Source: Terriglobia bacterium (GTDB lineage Bacteria > Acidobacteriota > Terriglobia > Bryobacterales > Bryobacteraceae). Taken from it: a stretch of 64,000 nucleotides of DNA. The DNA lies in the NCBI GenBank assembly GCA_963815855.1, contig CAWFIJ010000017.1:13416-77415 (forward strand), read 5' to 3'. Positions 31,016-39,968 of this stretch are shown here, piece by piece. The first letter of the stretch is position 1; each line of letters opens with the position of its first letter. Below the pieces are notes generated by a model. The model saw only the letters and a list, made by a program, of their open reading frames with translations. It had not been told where the DNA came from and made no database searches. Made by a program: the position numbers and the translations under genes.

Positions 31016-33061
31016 TCAGGACGTGCATCCTGCTCTTCGGCCAGCAGCGCGCGCACTTCGTCGTCGGACAGCCGTTCCAGCTCCGCGCAGCAGGTCCTGG
31101 TAGTCGCCGCCCGCCTGCTCGATTTCCTTCAGCTCGACGGCCTTGGCCAGCTCGGCCACGGTGAATTCGCCGCTGTAGACCACTTCGAGCGAGAGCTCCA
31201 CGCCGTAGATCTGGCGCACGCGCGAGAGCAGTTGCACGGCCAGCAGCGAATGGCCGCCCAGCTCGAAGAAATTTTCGATGGGGCCCGACCGCGGGGACGT
31301 TCAGCAGGTCCGCCCAAAGCTCGGCGAGCTGGCGCTCCAGGCGGTGCGCGGCTGGATCGGCGCGGCGCCGGCGCGGGTTTTCCGGAGGCCGCGCGAACGC
31401 GCTCGAGCACCGCCTCGGGAGTGCGCAGGGCGGTGGCGATCCTGACGTAATCCGGGACCGCCCGTTTACGCTCGCGGCTCTGCTGCGCGGGGTGGTGGCG
31501 CCGCCGCCTGCCGCTCCACCCGGTACCGGACGGCCGCGGCCGCTTCGGCGCTCAGAAATCCGGCGGGCGCCATGCCGGTGGATTCCAGGAACAGCGCCGC
31601 CGGCCGGTTGCGCTGGTCCGGCCACGAACGGAATCTCCACGCGCGCCAGGCCGCGCTCGCGGGCGATTTCGCCCAGCCGCGCCACCATGCGGTGCTCCAC
31701 GCCGCGGCCCAGCGCGCGGCAGCTCAGCAGGAACGTATCCACCGCCAGCGCGTCCGCGGCTCGAGCGGAAGATCATCACGCCGGAGAGGCCGTAGTCGCC
31801 GAAGCGGTCGCCCACCTCGACGGCGAGGCATTTCGGAATCGAGCGCGCGCGATTTCGGCCTCGTTGCGCCGCGCCAGCGTGGCGTTCATCTGGTTGGTGC
31901 GCTGGGTGAGCTGCGCCACGCGCGCGACTTCGCGCGGCGGCCATCGGCGCGAATGCGAACTTCGCAGGCGCAGCGAGGCCAGAAACTCTTCCAGGCTGCC
32001 GGCGGCGCGGCCGGCGCGCGCGCGCTCCGCGTGCTGCGCGTAGAATTGCGCGCGGCGCGCGGTCCTCGGCGGTGACGCGGGCGCGGTCGAAGGCCCAGAC
32101 GTGGCGCAGAAAATCGGGAATTTCGGCGGCGTCGGCGGGCAGCGGCAGCGCCAGCACCTCCGGCGCGGCGGCCTGCGCTTCGGTGCATTCCTTGGGGTTG
32201 TCGTCCACCAGGATGAAGCTGTCGAGGCCCAGCTCCAGCTCTTCGGCCAGCGCCGCCAGGTTGGCGCCCTTCGGCTCCCAGTTGATGCGGCGGGCGGCGA
32301 AATCGTCCAGCCGCAGCGGCATTTCGGGATGGGCGCGCGAAGGTCTCGAGCACGTCGTGCTTCGTTGTTCTTGCTGCCAGCGCCAGCAGCATGCCCTCGC
32401 GCTTGCGCTCCGCCATGAACTGCTGCAGCGCGCGGCGCGGCGCGTCGAGGGTGACGCCGTGCGGGCCCTTCCTCGCCGCAGATGCCGGCCCACAGGGTGT
32501 CGTCGCAATCGAGCGCGATCACCTTGTACGGCGGCGTGCGAAATGGCGTGGATTTTGCGCGCGATGGCGGTGGCCAGCGCGGCGAAGAAGTCCGGCGTGT
32601 AGGGCAGGTGGCCGAGCTGGTCGGCGTGGGGATCGTGGACCTCCGCCACCGGATAGAGCGCCTGCACCTCGCACGGCGGCGATGACGTGGACTCCGGCCA
32701 GGTCGGCCAGCGCGAATGGCGGACCGTGGCTTCGGCGGCAGCCTCGGCCGGCGGGCAGATGACCAGGATCAGCGGGGCAGGAAAAGCGGCGGCCGTGCGC
32801 ACGGCCTCCACCAGCCGGCGCGCTTCGGCTTCCATGCCGGCCTCGCGCCAGTCCGCGAAGCGCACCAGCGCGACGTTGAAGCCGCGATTGCGGGCGAACA
32901 GGCCGGCGGGATCGAGAAGCTGCTGGAAAACCTGGTTATAGCCGGCGAAGCGGAGAACCGGGTCGAGGCCCAGTTCGGCGGCCCAGAAGGACAAGCGAGG
33001 GCTCGATCGCTTCGGCGGTGAAGGTGGCGCTCAGGGCGATCGTGCGATCGTCGGTGGGCAT
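31016..33061 (-). pseudogene. FkbH-like (HAD-IIIC) loader with GNAT-like domain fused to a PCP-type carrier domain, heavily frame-interrupted
   Basis: MPTDDRTIALSATFTAE (ATG 33061), FAGYNQVFQQLLDP, IALDCDDTLW (DxDxT), INWEPKGANLAALAEELELGLDSFILVDDNPKEC, DRFGDYGLSGVMIF, LLSCRALGRGVEHRMV. My own reading gives IENFFELGGHSLLAVQLLSRVRQIYGVELSL. Stop at 31016. Confidence 0.75.
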
Positions 33062-33110
33062 GAAACTCCATTATACGGAGGGGAGATGGATGAGGGGGGC
33101 AGGGACGATT

Positions 33111-33183
33111 GGCGGCTTATGCCGCCCTAGCGGATATGCCGGCAAGAATGCCGGCATGGCCGCCTGGAAAGGCGGCTCTACGG
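33111..33183. repeat. REP1 repeat
   Basis: GGCGGC/TTAT/GCCGCC ... ATGCCGGCA-AGA-ATGCCGGCAT-GGCCGCC/TGGAAA/GGCGGCT-CTACGG. Confidence 0.7.
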
Positions 33184-33567
33184 AGGGGGTGGCCGTGAAA
33201 ATGGCAGGGTTCGGATGTGGGGTGGGCCGGTTGGGCGGGTTTTGATGGAGTTTCTGATCGTTGGCGGGCCCGTTTTCGGGCTGGACTGCAAGGAGCGCTC
33301 CCTGTCTCCCCGGCCAGCGGGGAGATTTCCGCGGGTGCTGCCGGCTGGAACGCCGCACGCGTGGTCTCCGGAGTTTAGCATTTTCGCGCGAACTAAATGC
33401 CAGAGCCGGACGCGGCTTCGACCCCGGCTGCTCCCAGCCGAGCCAACAGCACTTCGTCGATGGAGACGTTAGCACGGGGAGCGGTAGCCGCTGCGGGTGC
33501 GGACGGAAAAGAGCTTTGGAATCAAGCGGAAAAAAAATTTGAATTGTGGTGACGAAGGCGCGCCATC

Positions 33568-33960
33568 CTACCAGGTTTTGCCCCGCCGCGTGGAGCCCAG
33601 GGCGGCAGCGCCCGATGCCAACTCCCGGTTTTGCGCCGCGCGCCGACGCGCCGCGGACAGGTAATCGTCGGCCCGCGCATGGATTGGCTCCGCCGGGGCG
33701 GGTTCGGGCAAGGCGGCGGGCGTGGCCACCAGCCTCGGTTCCACGTGCCAGACGCGCATCAGCGTCACCACCGCCGTGATGCCGATCAGGGCTCCCGCGA
33801 TCACCGCCAGCGGTTTATCGAACCAGTCCCCATACCGCCATGCCAATGCCGCGAAGCGGTACCCGACCGGCACAAACACCAGAAATGCCAAGGTATAAAA
33901 CCAGTCGCGCAGACGCCGTTGTTCGTAAAGCCGAAAGATAAAATCGCGAAACCCAGACAT
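33568..33960 (-). CDS. Hypothetical membrane protein
   Basis: Intact 130-aa ORF with two TM helices (WFYTLAFLVFVPVGYRFAALAW, LAVIAGALIGITAVVTLM). No recognisable family. Confidence 0.45.
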   Translation of the reverse strand: MSGFRDFIFRLYEQRRLRDWFYTLAFLVFVPVGYRFAALAWRYGDWFDKPLAVIAGALIGITAVVTLMRVWHVEPRLVATPAALPEPAPAEPIHARADDYLSAARRRAAQNRELASGAAALGSTRRGKTW

Positions 33961-34154
33961 TGCCGAACCCTCCCTGATTCAATCGTAGAGCCGGCCGTTC
34001 CGCCTTCCCATCCCGTAAAAGCAGTATTGTTCGCGATCAAAAGGGCTAGCAACCCGCAGCTAATTTGGCACACCCGCGAGTGTGCCGCAGGCCCCACCCA
34101 GCCTGGTACGCAACCGGCGCACCGTGCGGTTGCGCCGGGCCTGCCCTCCTACTG

Positions 34155-35868
34155 CTATTCCGGCAGCGCAAACACGTACATGGTGCCTTCGCCCGTCCCC
34201 ACGATGTACTGTTTCCCTTTCACCGCGTAACTGATGGGGCCGCTGGCATTCGGCCCGCCCAGGTACGCATGCCACAAAAGCTCGCCCGTGCGCGCATCGA
34301 GGCCCACGAAGTCGCCGTCCATTCCGCCGCCGAAGACCAGGCCGCCGGCCGTCGAAAGCACGCCGCACTCCGTGTAGCTCACCATCTTGAAATCCCACTT
34401 CTTCTCGCCGGTCTTCGGGTCGAGCGCGCGAATCGCGCCGTAGCCTTCTTCCTCGGTCTTATATTGCGGCGGTGCGGCACGGCCACCGCCAACACGCCCG
34501 GCCGCGCCACGACCGGCGGCGCGACCTCCTGCCGCCATCACGGGTTGACCGGGGCGGAAATCATGTCCGGTGCCCGTGTAGCGGTAGCCTTCCATCCACG
34601 TGCCCGGGTCGCCCTTGGGCGAGTTGCCGCCCGAATTCTCCCACGTGGGAACGTAGAACAGCCCCGTCTGCGGGCTGTAGGACGGCGGATACCAGTTCGT
34701 GCCTCCCTGGTTGCCGGGCTCGATGTGCGTGCCGCCCATCGGCTTCGGCCACCGCGCCGGGTCCTTCATGGGCCGCCCCTTCTCGTCAAATCCCACGTTC
34801 CAGTTCTGCTTGACGAAATTCTTCGCCATCAGGAACTGGCCCGTCTTGCGGTCGAGCACGTAGAAGAAGCCGTTGCGGTTCGCCCACAGCATCACTTTCC
34901 GCGGCTGGCCCTTGAACTCCATGTTGACCAGCACCGGAACCTGGGTCGCGTCCCAGTCGTATTCGTCGCCCGGCGTGAACTGGTAATACCATTTCAGTTT
35001 GCCGGTGTCGGCATCGAGCGCGATCACCGAATTGGAGTAAAGGTTGTCCCCCGGAAGGCGCGGATCGCCGTTCCACCCCGGGTTCGGATTGCCCGTGCCC
35101 CAGAACGTCAGGTTGGTCTCCGGATCGTAGGCCCCGCCGTTCCAGATGGGCGCCCCGCCGTGCTTCCAGGAATCGCCCGCCCACGTCTTCGCCTCCGGCT
35201 GGTCCGCCGAAGTGGGCGCGGTGTTGAAGCGCCACAGCTCATTTCCGGTCTTGACGTCGTACGCCACCACCCAGCAATTGGCGCCCGCCTCGTTGGTGGC
35301 CGGCCCCAGGATCACCATGTTGCGGACGACCAGCGGCGCCACGTTGAACTGGTAGCCCTTATTCCACTGCGCCATCTCCTTGTCCCACATCACGCGCCCG
35401 CTCTTGGCGTCGATGGCCAGCAGATGGCAGTCGATGGTGGCCCAGAACACCGTGTCCCCGGCGACCGCCAGCCCCTTGTTGACTTCGTAGGCGTTGTAAT
35501 ACGCGTTGGGATCGAGCGAGCGCGAGATCTTCCAGAATTGCCGCCCCGTCACCGCGTCGAGCGCCACCACTTCGAGCGCCGTCCCGGTGTACATGATGCC
35601 GTCCACCACGATGGGCGTGTTCTCCATCTTCGACTGGTTTTTCGCCGTCTTCTGGTAGATCGGGTGGTACACCCATTTCATCTGCAGCAGTGTGCACGTT
35701 ATCGTGGTTGATCTGCGTCAGCGGGCTATAGCGCTGGCCCGCGTACCCGCCCGAATACGTCAGCCAGTTCTGCGGCTCGCGGTCCGCGTGCAGAAGACGG
35801 TCGTAGGTCACCTGCGCAAGCAAGGAGCCGGAAAGAAACACAAGCGGCAGCAAAATCCGATTCTTCAT
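34155..35868 (-). pseudogene. PQQ-dependent dehydrogenase (methanol/ethanol family beta-propeller), one frame change near the N-terminus
   Basis: ORF 34155..35681 carries repeated W-motif blades (TPIVVDGIMY, AIDAKSGRVMW, AYDVKTGNELW, ALDADTGKLKW, ALDPKTGEKKW, GLDARTGELLW). The signal peptide MKNRILLPLVFLSGSLLAQ is in ORF 35359..35877. Confidence 0.85.
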
Positions 35869-35960
35869 ATCCCTCACCGAGTGCGGAGCCGATTATATCC
35901 CCTTCGCCGCCGCCCGGCAACCGAGGCTGTTGCGGACCGTAAGCGGCCCGTCTCACCCGG

Positions 35961-35989
35961 TTCATATTCGTGACGCGTCCATGTATACT
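35961..35989 (+). promoter_or_regulatory. Candidate sigma70-type promoter (TTCATA-17 nt-TATACT)
   Basis: -35-like TTCATA at 35961-35966, a 17-nt spacer, then -10-like TATACT at 35984-35989. It sits about 50 nt upstream of the ATG at 36040, and AAGGAAG precedes that start. Confidence 0.3.
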
Positions 35990-36039
35990 AGCCGTGCTGG
36001 GGAAACCAGCCGAAATTCGTATATAAGGAAGATCGATCC

Positions 36040-37959
36040 ATGTTCGACAAGCGTGCGTATGGAATCGCGGCTCTGGCCGCGCTGCTGTTGGCGCCGGTCT
36101 TCGGCGCCGGGCCCACGTTCCTTCCGGATAAAACCTTCAAGGGTTCGAGCCTCGCCGGCTGGCACACGCTCGGACAGGCCGACTGGCACGCGCAGAACGG
36201 CGCAATCACCGGAACGGTAAAAGCGGGCGGCCAGGGCGGCTGGCTGGTGCTCGACAAATCCATGCAGGACGTGGGCTTCTACGCCTCGTTCCACTGCGCC
36301 GCCGGTTGCCGCACCGGCGTTCTGCTGCGCGCGGAAAAGACGGCCGACGGCATGAAGGGCGTCTTCGTGTCGCTCGACGAGGGGGACATCGCCTCCTACC
36401 GGGTTACGCTTGGCGCCGACGGGCAGGTGCTCAGCCGCGAGCCACTGCGCCGCATCAACGGCACGGTGCGCATCGCTCCTCCGGCGAATCCGAATGCCGC
36501 CGGCCGGAGCGGGCGCGGACGCGGCAACGCTCCCGCGGTGAATCCCCACGTGCCCATTAAAGCGCCGCCGCGCGGGCTGCGGGCGGGCGAATGGAACCGG
36601 GTGGAAATTTTCCTGGATGCCAACATCGTCCGCGCGTTCCTGAATGACGATCCCGAAACCGCGGGCGGCGTGGCCGAAGACGCGGACGGCCGCTACGGCC
36701 CGATCGCGCTATATGTGGGCGGCACGGGCGAAGTGCAGTTCAAGGACGTGGCCTACAGGGACGTCGCCATGAGGACCATGCCCAAGGAGCAGGTCTCCAG
36801 CCGCTTCCGCATGCAGCGCCTCAACGAGTTTTACTACGCCTGGTCGGAGGCCGCGGCCGATTTCAATCGCGACGGCATCCTGGACATCGTGGCCGGCCCG
36901 TACATTTACTACGGCCCCGACTACACCAAATCGCGCGAGATCTTCCTGACGCAGGCGCACGGCCCCTCCCGCGAATACGCCAGCGACTGCATGGTGCAGG
37001 GCGCGGCCGATATGACGGGCGACGGCTGGCCGGACGTGGTCTGCTCGAACCTCGGCACGCCCGTGTATCTGTATGTGAATCCCAAGGGCGAATCGCGCCG
37101 CTGGGACAAGTACGAGGTGGTGCCGCGGATCAACAACGAGATCATCGCGCTCCAGGACATCGATGGCGACGGCGTTCCCGAGCTGGTTTATGTGGCCGAT
37201 GGCTGCCTGCGCTACGCCAAGCCCGACCCCGCCCGGCCCACCGAGCCATGGATCGTCCACACCATTTCCGAGCCAGGTATGGTGACCGGGCACGGCATCG
37301 GCGTGGGCGACATCAACGGCGACGGGCGGCCCGATATTCTCAACGCCTACGGCTGGTGGGAGCAGCCGCCCGCCGGCAGCAAGCAGGAGCTGTGGACGTA
37401 CCATCCGCAAGTTTTCGGCACGTGGAGCCGCTGCTGCGGCGTGGGCGGCGCGCTGATGGCGGTCTACGACGTCAACGGCGACGGCCTCAACGACGTGGTG
37501 ACTTCCCTGCAGGCGCACGGCTTCGGCCTGGCCTGGTACGAGCAGAAGCGCGATGCCGCCGGCAAAATCTCGTTCGTCGAACACATCATTTCCGGCGATT
37601 ACTCCTACAAGAATCCCGGCGACGTCACCTTCTCCGAGCCGCACGGCGCGACCTTCGCGGATGTGGATGGCGACGGCATTCCGGATTTCATCGTGGGCAA
37701 GCGCTACTGGTCGCACCAGGACGATTGGTACGACGCCGATCCCTACGGTCCGCCGGTTCTCTACTGGTACCGCACCGTGCGGGACAAGAATGCGCCCGGC
37801 GGCGCGCGCTTCGAGCCGGAGTTGATCCACAACCGCTCCGGCGCGGGGTCTGAAATCCTGGCGGTCGACCTCAACAAAGACGGCGCCATCGATATCGTCA
37901 CCGCCACGGACCGCGGCACGTTCATCTTCTGGGGCAAGCCGAAGACCGCGGCGAAGTAA
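36040..37959 (+). CDS. Secreted DUF1080 (3-keto-disaccharide hydrolase-like) plus FG-GAP/VCBS-repeat protein
   Basis: Intact 639 aa. Signal peptide, then GWHTLGQADWHAQNGAITG...GEVQFKDVAYRD (DUF1080 pattern), then repeated DxNxDGxxD-like motifs (DFNRDGILDIV, DMTGDGWPDVV, DIDGDGVPELV, DINGDGRPDIL, DVNGDGLNDVV, DVDGDGIPDFI, DLNKDGAIDIV). Confidence 0.8.
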   Translation: MFDKRAYGIAALAALLLAPVFGAGPTFLPDKTFKGSSLAGWHTLGQADWHAQNGAITGTVKAGGQGGWLVLDKSMQDVGFYASFHCAAGCRTGVLLRAEKTADGMKGVFVSLDEGDIASYRVTLGADGQVLSREPLRRINGTVRIAPPANPNAAGRSGRGRGNAPAVNPHVPIKAPPRGLRAGEWNRVEIFLDANIVRAFLNDDPETAGGVAEDADGRYGPIALYVGGTGEVQFKDVAYRDVAMRTMPKEQVSSRFRMQRLNEFYYAWSEAAADFNRDGILDIVAGPYIYYGPDYTKSREIFLTQAHGPSREYASDCMVQGAADMTGDGWPDVVCSNLGTPVYLYVNPKGESRRWDKYEVVPRINNEIIALQDIDGDGVPELVYVADGCLRYAKPDPARPTEPWIVHTISEPGMVTGHGIGVGDINGDGRPDILNAYGWWEQPPAGSKQELWTYHPQVFGTWSRCCGVGGALMAVYDVNGDGLNDVVTSLQAHGFGLAWYEQKRDAAGKISFVEHIISGDYSYKNPGDVTFSEPHGATFADVDGDGIPDFIVGKRYWSHQDDWYDADPYGPPVLYWYRTVRDKNAPGGARFEPELIHNRSGAGSEILAVDLNKDGAIDIVTATDRGTFIFWGKPKTAAK

Positions 37960-37967
37960 GCTAAAGA

Positions 37968-38981
37968 ATGCGCATTCAGAAGACGCTTTTGGCGGCAGCC
38001 GCGTTTGCCGGTCTGGCTGCCGCCCAGCCGCAGCACCTCACTGATCTCCGCCAGCTCACCCACGGCGGGCAGAACGCGGAGGCGTATTGGAGCCCGGACG
38101 GCAAGCGCCTCATTTTCCAGAGCACCCGGGAACCCTACGAGTGCGACCAGATGTTCGTGATGAACGCCGATGGCTCCGACGTGCATCGCGTCTCCACCGG
38201 GAAAGGCCGCACCACCTGCGGGTATTTTCTGGGCGACAACCAGCACATAGTCTACGCCTCCACGCACCTGGCCGGCGACGCCTGCCCCGCTCCGCCCGAT
38301 CGCAGCAAGGGATACGTTTGGGGAGTCTTCGCCGGCTACGACATTTTTCTCGCTACCGATGCCGGCAAAATCGAAAAGCGCCTCACCGACACGCCCGGCT
38401 ATGACGCCGAGGCCACGGTCAACTGGAAAACCGGAACCGTTGTCTACACCTCCGTGGCCTCCGGCGACCTGGACCTCTGGACCATGCGCCCCGACGGCTC
38501 CGCCAAGCGCCAGATCACACATAAAACGGGCTACGACGGCGGCGCCGTGTTCTCCCGCGACGGCAAGAAACTGGTGTGGCGCGCCAATTACCCGAAAACG
38601 GCCGAGGAAACGGCACGCTACAAGTCGCTGCTCGCCGACCATCTCACCGCGCCCATGAAAATGGAAATCGTGGTGGGCGATGCCGATGGCGGCAACGCCA
38701 GAACCGTGACCGATTTCGGCTGCGCCAGCTTCGCCCCCACGTTCACGCCGGATGGCAGGAAGATTCTCTTCTCCTCCAACCGGCACGCCTGCGACAGCCG
38801 CAAGTTCGAGCTCTACCTGATGAATCTGGACGGCAGCGGCCTGGAGCAGGTGACGGATTTCGGCGGCTTCACTTCGTTCCCCGAATTCTCGCCCGACGGC
38901 AAAACGCTGGTCTTCTGTTCCGACCGCGAAGCCAAGGGGCAGTACGAATTCAATATTTTTACGGCGAAGTGGAACCGGTAG
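37968..38981 (+). CDS. PD40/TolB-like beta-propeller periplasmic protein
   Basis: Intact 337 aa. Signal peptide, then repeated SPDGK/RPDGS/SRDGKKL/TPDGRKILF/SPDGKTLVF blades. Confidence 0.8.
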   Translation: MRIQKTLLAAAAFAGLAAAQPQHLTDLRQLTHGGQNAEAYWSPDGKRLIFQSTREPYECDQMFVMNADGSDVHRVSTGKGRTTCGYFLGDNQHIVYASTHLAGDACPAPPDRSKGYVWGVFAGYDIFLATDAGKIEKRLTDTPGYDAEATVNWKTGTVVYTSVASGDLDLWTMRPDGSAKRQITHKTGYDGGAVFSRDGKKLVWRANYPKTAEETARYKSLLADHLTAPMKMEIVVGDADGGNARTVTDFGCASFAPTFTPDGRKILFSSNRHACDSRKFELYLMNLDGSGLEQVTDFGGFTSFPEFSPDGKTLVFCSDREAKGQYEFNIFTAKWNR

Positions 38982-39000
38982 GGCAGACCATCGTCTGCCC
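38981..39000. terminator. Hairpin between convergent genes (candidate bidirectional terminator)
   Basis: GGGCAGAC-CATC-GTCTGCCC, a perfect 8-bp stem that overlaps the PD40 stop codon (TAG 38979-38981). No clear T-tract. Confidence 0.35.
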
Positions 39001-39007
39001 CGCCCGG

Positions 39008-39742
39008 TTACATGTACATGCCGCCGTTGACGGCCAGCACGTGGCCGGTGATGTAGCCGGCGTCTTCGCTGGCCAGAAACTTCACGGCGGCGGCGATATC
39101 TTCGGGCTTGCCCATGCGTCCCAGCGGCACGGCCGCCAGAATCTTCTGCCGCACTTCTTCCGGCAGCACCTTGGTCATGTCGGTATCGATATAGCCCGGC
39201 GCCACGGCGTTCACGGTGATGCCGCGGCTGGCCATCTCCTGCGCCAGCGCCTTGGTCAGGCCGATCAAGCCCGCCTTGGACGCCGCGTAATTGGCCTGGC
39301 CCGCGCTGCCCGCCTGTCCCACCACGGAGGCGATATTGACGATCCGCCCCCAGCGGTTCTGCATCATGACCGGCAGCACCTGCTGGCAGCACAGGAAGGC
39401 GCCGTCCAGGTTGATCTGCATGACCAGGTCCCAATCGGCGGGCTTCATGCGCACGGCGAGGCCGTCGCGGGTGATGCCGGCGTTGTTCACCAGCACGTCG
39501 ATGCGGCCCTTGTCCGCCAGCGCCTTCTGAAAGCCGGCCTTGACCGATTCGGCCGAGGTCACGTCCAGATTCAGCGTCATGGCTTCGCCGCTGCAGGCGC
39601 GGATCTCTTCCGCCACTTCCTCGTTGTTCTCGATTTCCGGCGAGGCCACCACGATATCGAACCCGGTCCGGCACAGCGATAAAGCGATGGCCCGGCCGAT
39701 TCCGCGGCTGGCGCCCGTGACGAACGCAACCCGATTGAACAT
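39008..39742 (-). CDS. fabG: 3-oxoacyl-[acyl-carrier-protein] reductase
   Basis: Intact 244 aa. VAFVTGASRGIGRAIA, NNAGITRD, NIASVVG, YAASKAGLIGLTKALA, VNAVAPGYIDTDM. Confidence 0.85.
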   Translation of the reverse strand: MFNRVAFVTGASRGIGRAIALSLCRTGFDIVVASPEIENNEEVAEEIRACSGEAMTLNLDVTSAESVKAGFQKALADKGRIDVLVNNAGITRDGLAVRMKPADWDLVMQINLDGAFLCCQQVLPVMMQNRWGRIVNIASVVGQAGSAGQANYAASKAGLIGLTKALAQEMASRGITVNAVAPGYIDTDMTKVLPEEVRQKILAAVPLGRMGKPEDIAAAVKFLASEDAGYITGHVLAVNGGMYM

Positions 39743-39793
39743 GCTTCTCCTTTGGGGACTGGCTGGTCTGAAACTGACATGATAACAGGGGGC

Positions 39794-39941
39794 GGGAGTG
39801 GGGTTGGGGATTAGGGATTAGGGATTGGGGGTGCGGCTTTTCGGTTAGGGGACGGATATTCGGAACCTGTCGGTCCGGAAGCCGGCGAGTTCGAGCGGCG
39901 GCTGGACTCCCCAATCCCCAATCCCCAATCCCCAACCCCCG
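39794..39941. repeat. Telomere-like G-rich/C-rich inverted repeat bracketing the fabG-ubiD divergent region
   Basis: GGGAGTGGGGTTGGGGATTAGGGATTAGGGATTGGGGGTG (39794-39832) against CTCCCCAATCCCCAATCCCCAATCCCCAACCCCCG (39907-39941). The arms are near-complementary, differing by 2 A/G positions in the core. Confidence 0.75.
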
Positions 39942-39968
39942 TTCACGGTACACTCAACGTTTACCCCC

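Noticed and set aside
33071-33475. The 134-aa minus ORF and the overlapping plus ORFs (33215..33472, 33261..33542) in the spacer upstream of the FkbH gene.
   Set aside because: They read through the REP1 copy, giving peptides such as AMPAFLPAYPLGRH, and are Pro/Arg-rich without any domain signature. They are treated as non-coding.
34065-35711. Long plus-strand ORF (548 aa). Similar antisense or out-of-frame ORFs are 1266..2342, 4538..5920, 36709..37830, 26986..28509, 27949..28947, 30528..31742 and 9604-region alternates.
   Set aside because: All run opposite to, or out of frame with, genes that carry clear family motifs. All have Arg/Pro/Gly/Ala-dominated low-complexity composition. High GC suppresses stop codons in non-coding frames.
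37761-39953. The 730-aa minus-strand ORF that looks like the largest gene in the window.
   Set aside because: It is a chimera. One part is the translated G/C-tract repeat (GLGIGDWGLGS, IPNPQP). A second part runs out of frame across the fabG region, and a third is antisense to the intact PD40 and DUF1080 genes. The real fabG is the separate ORF 39008..39742.
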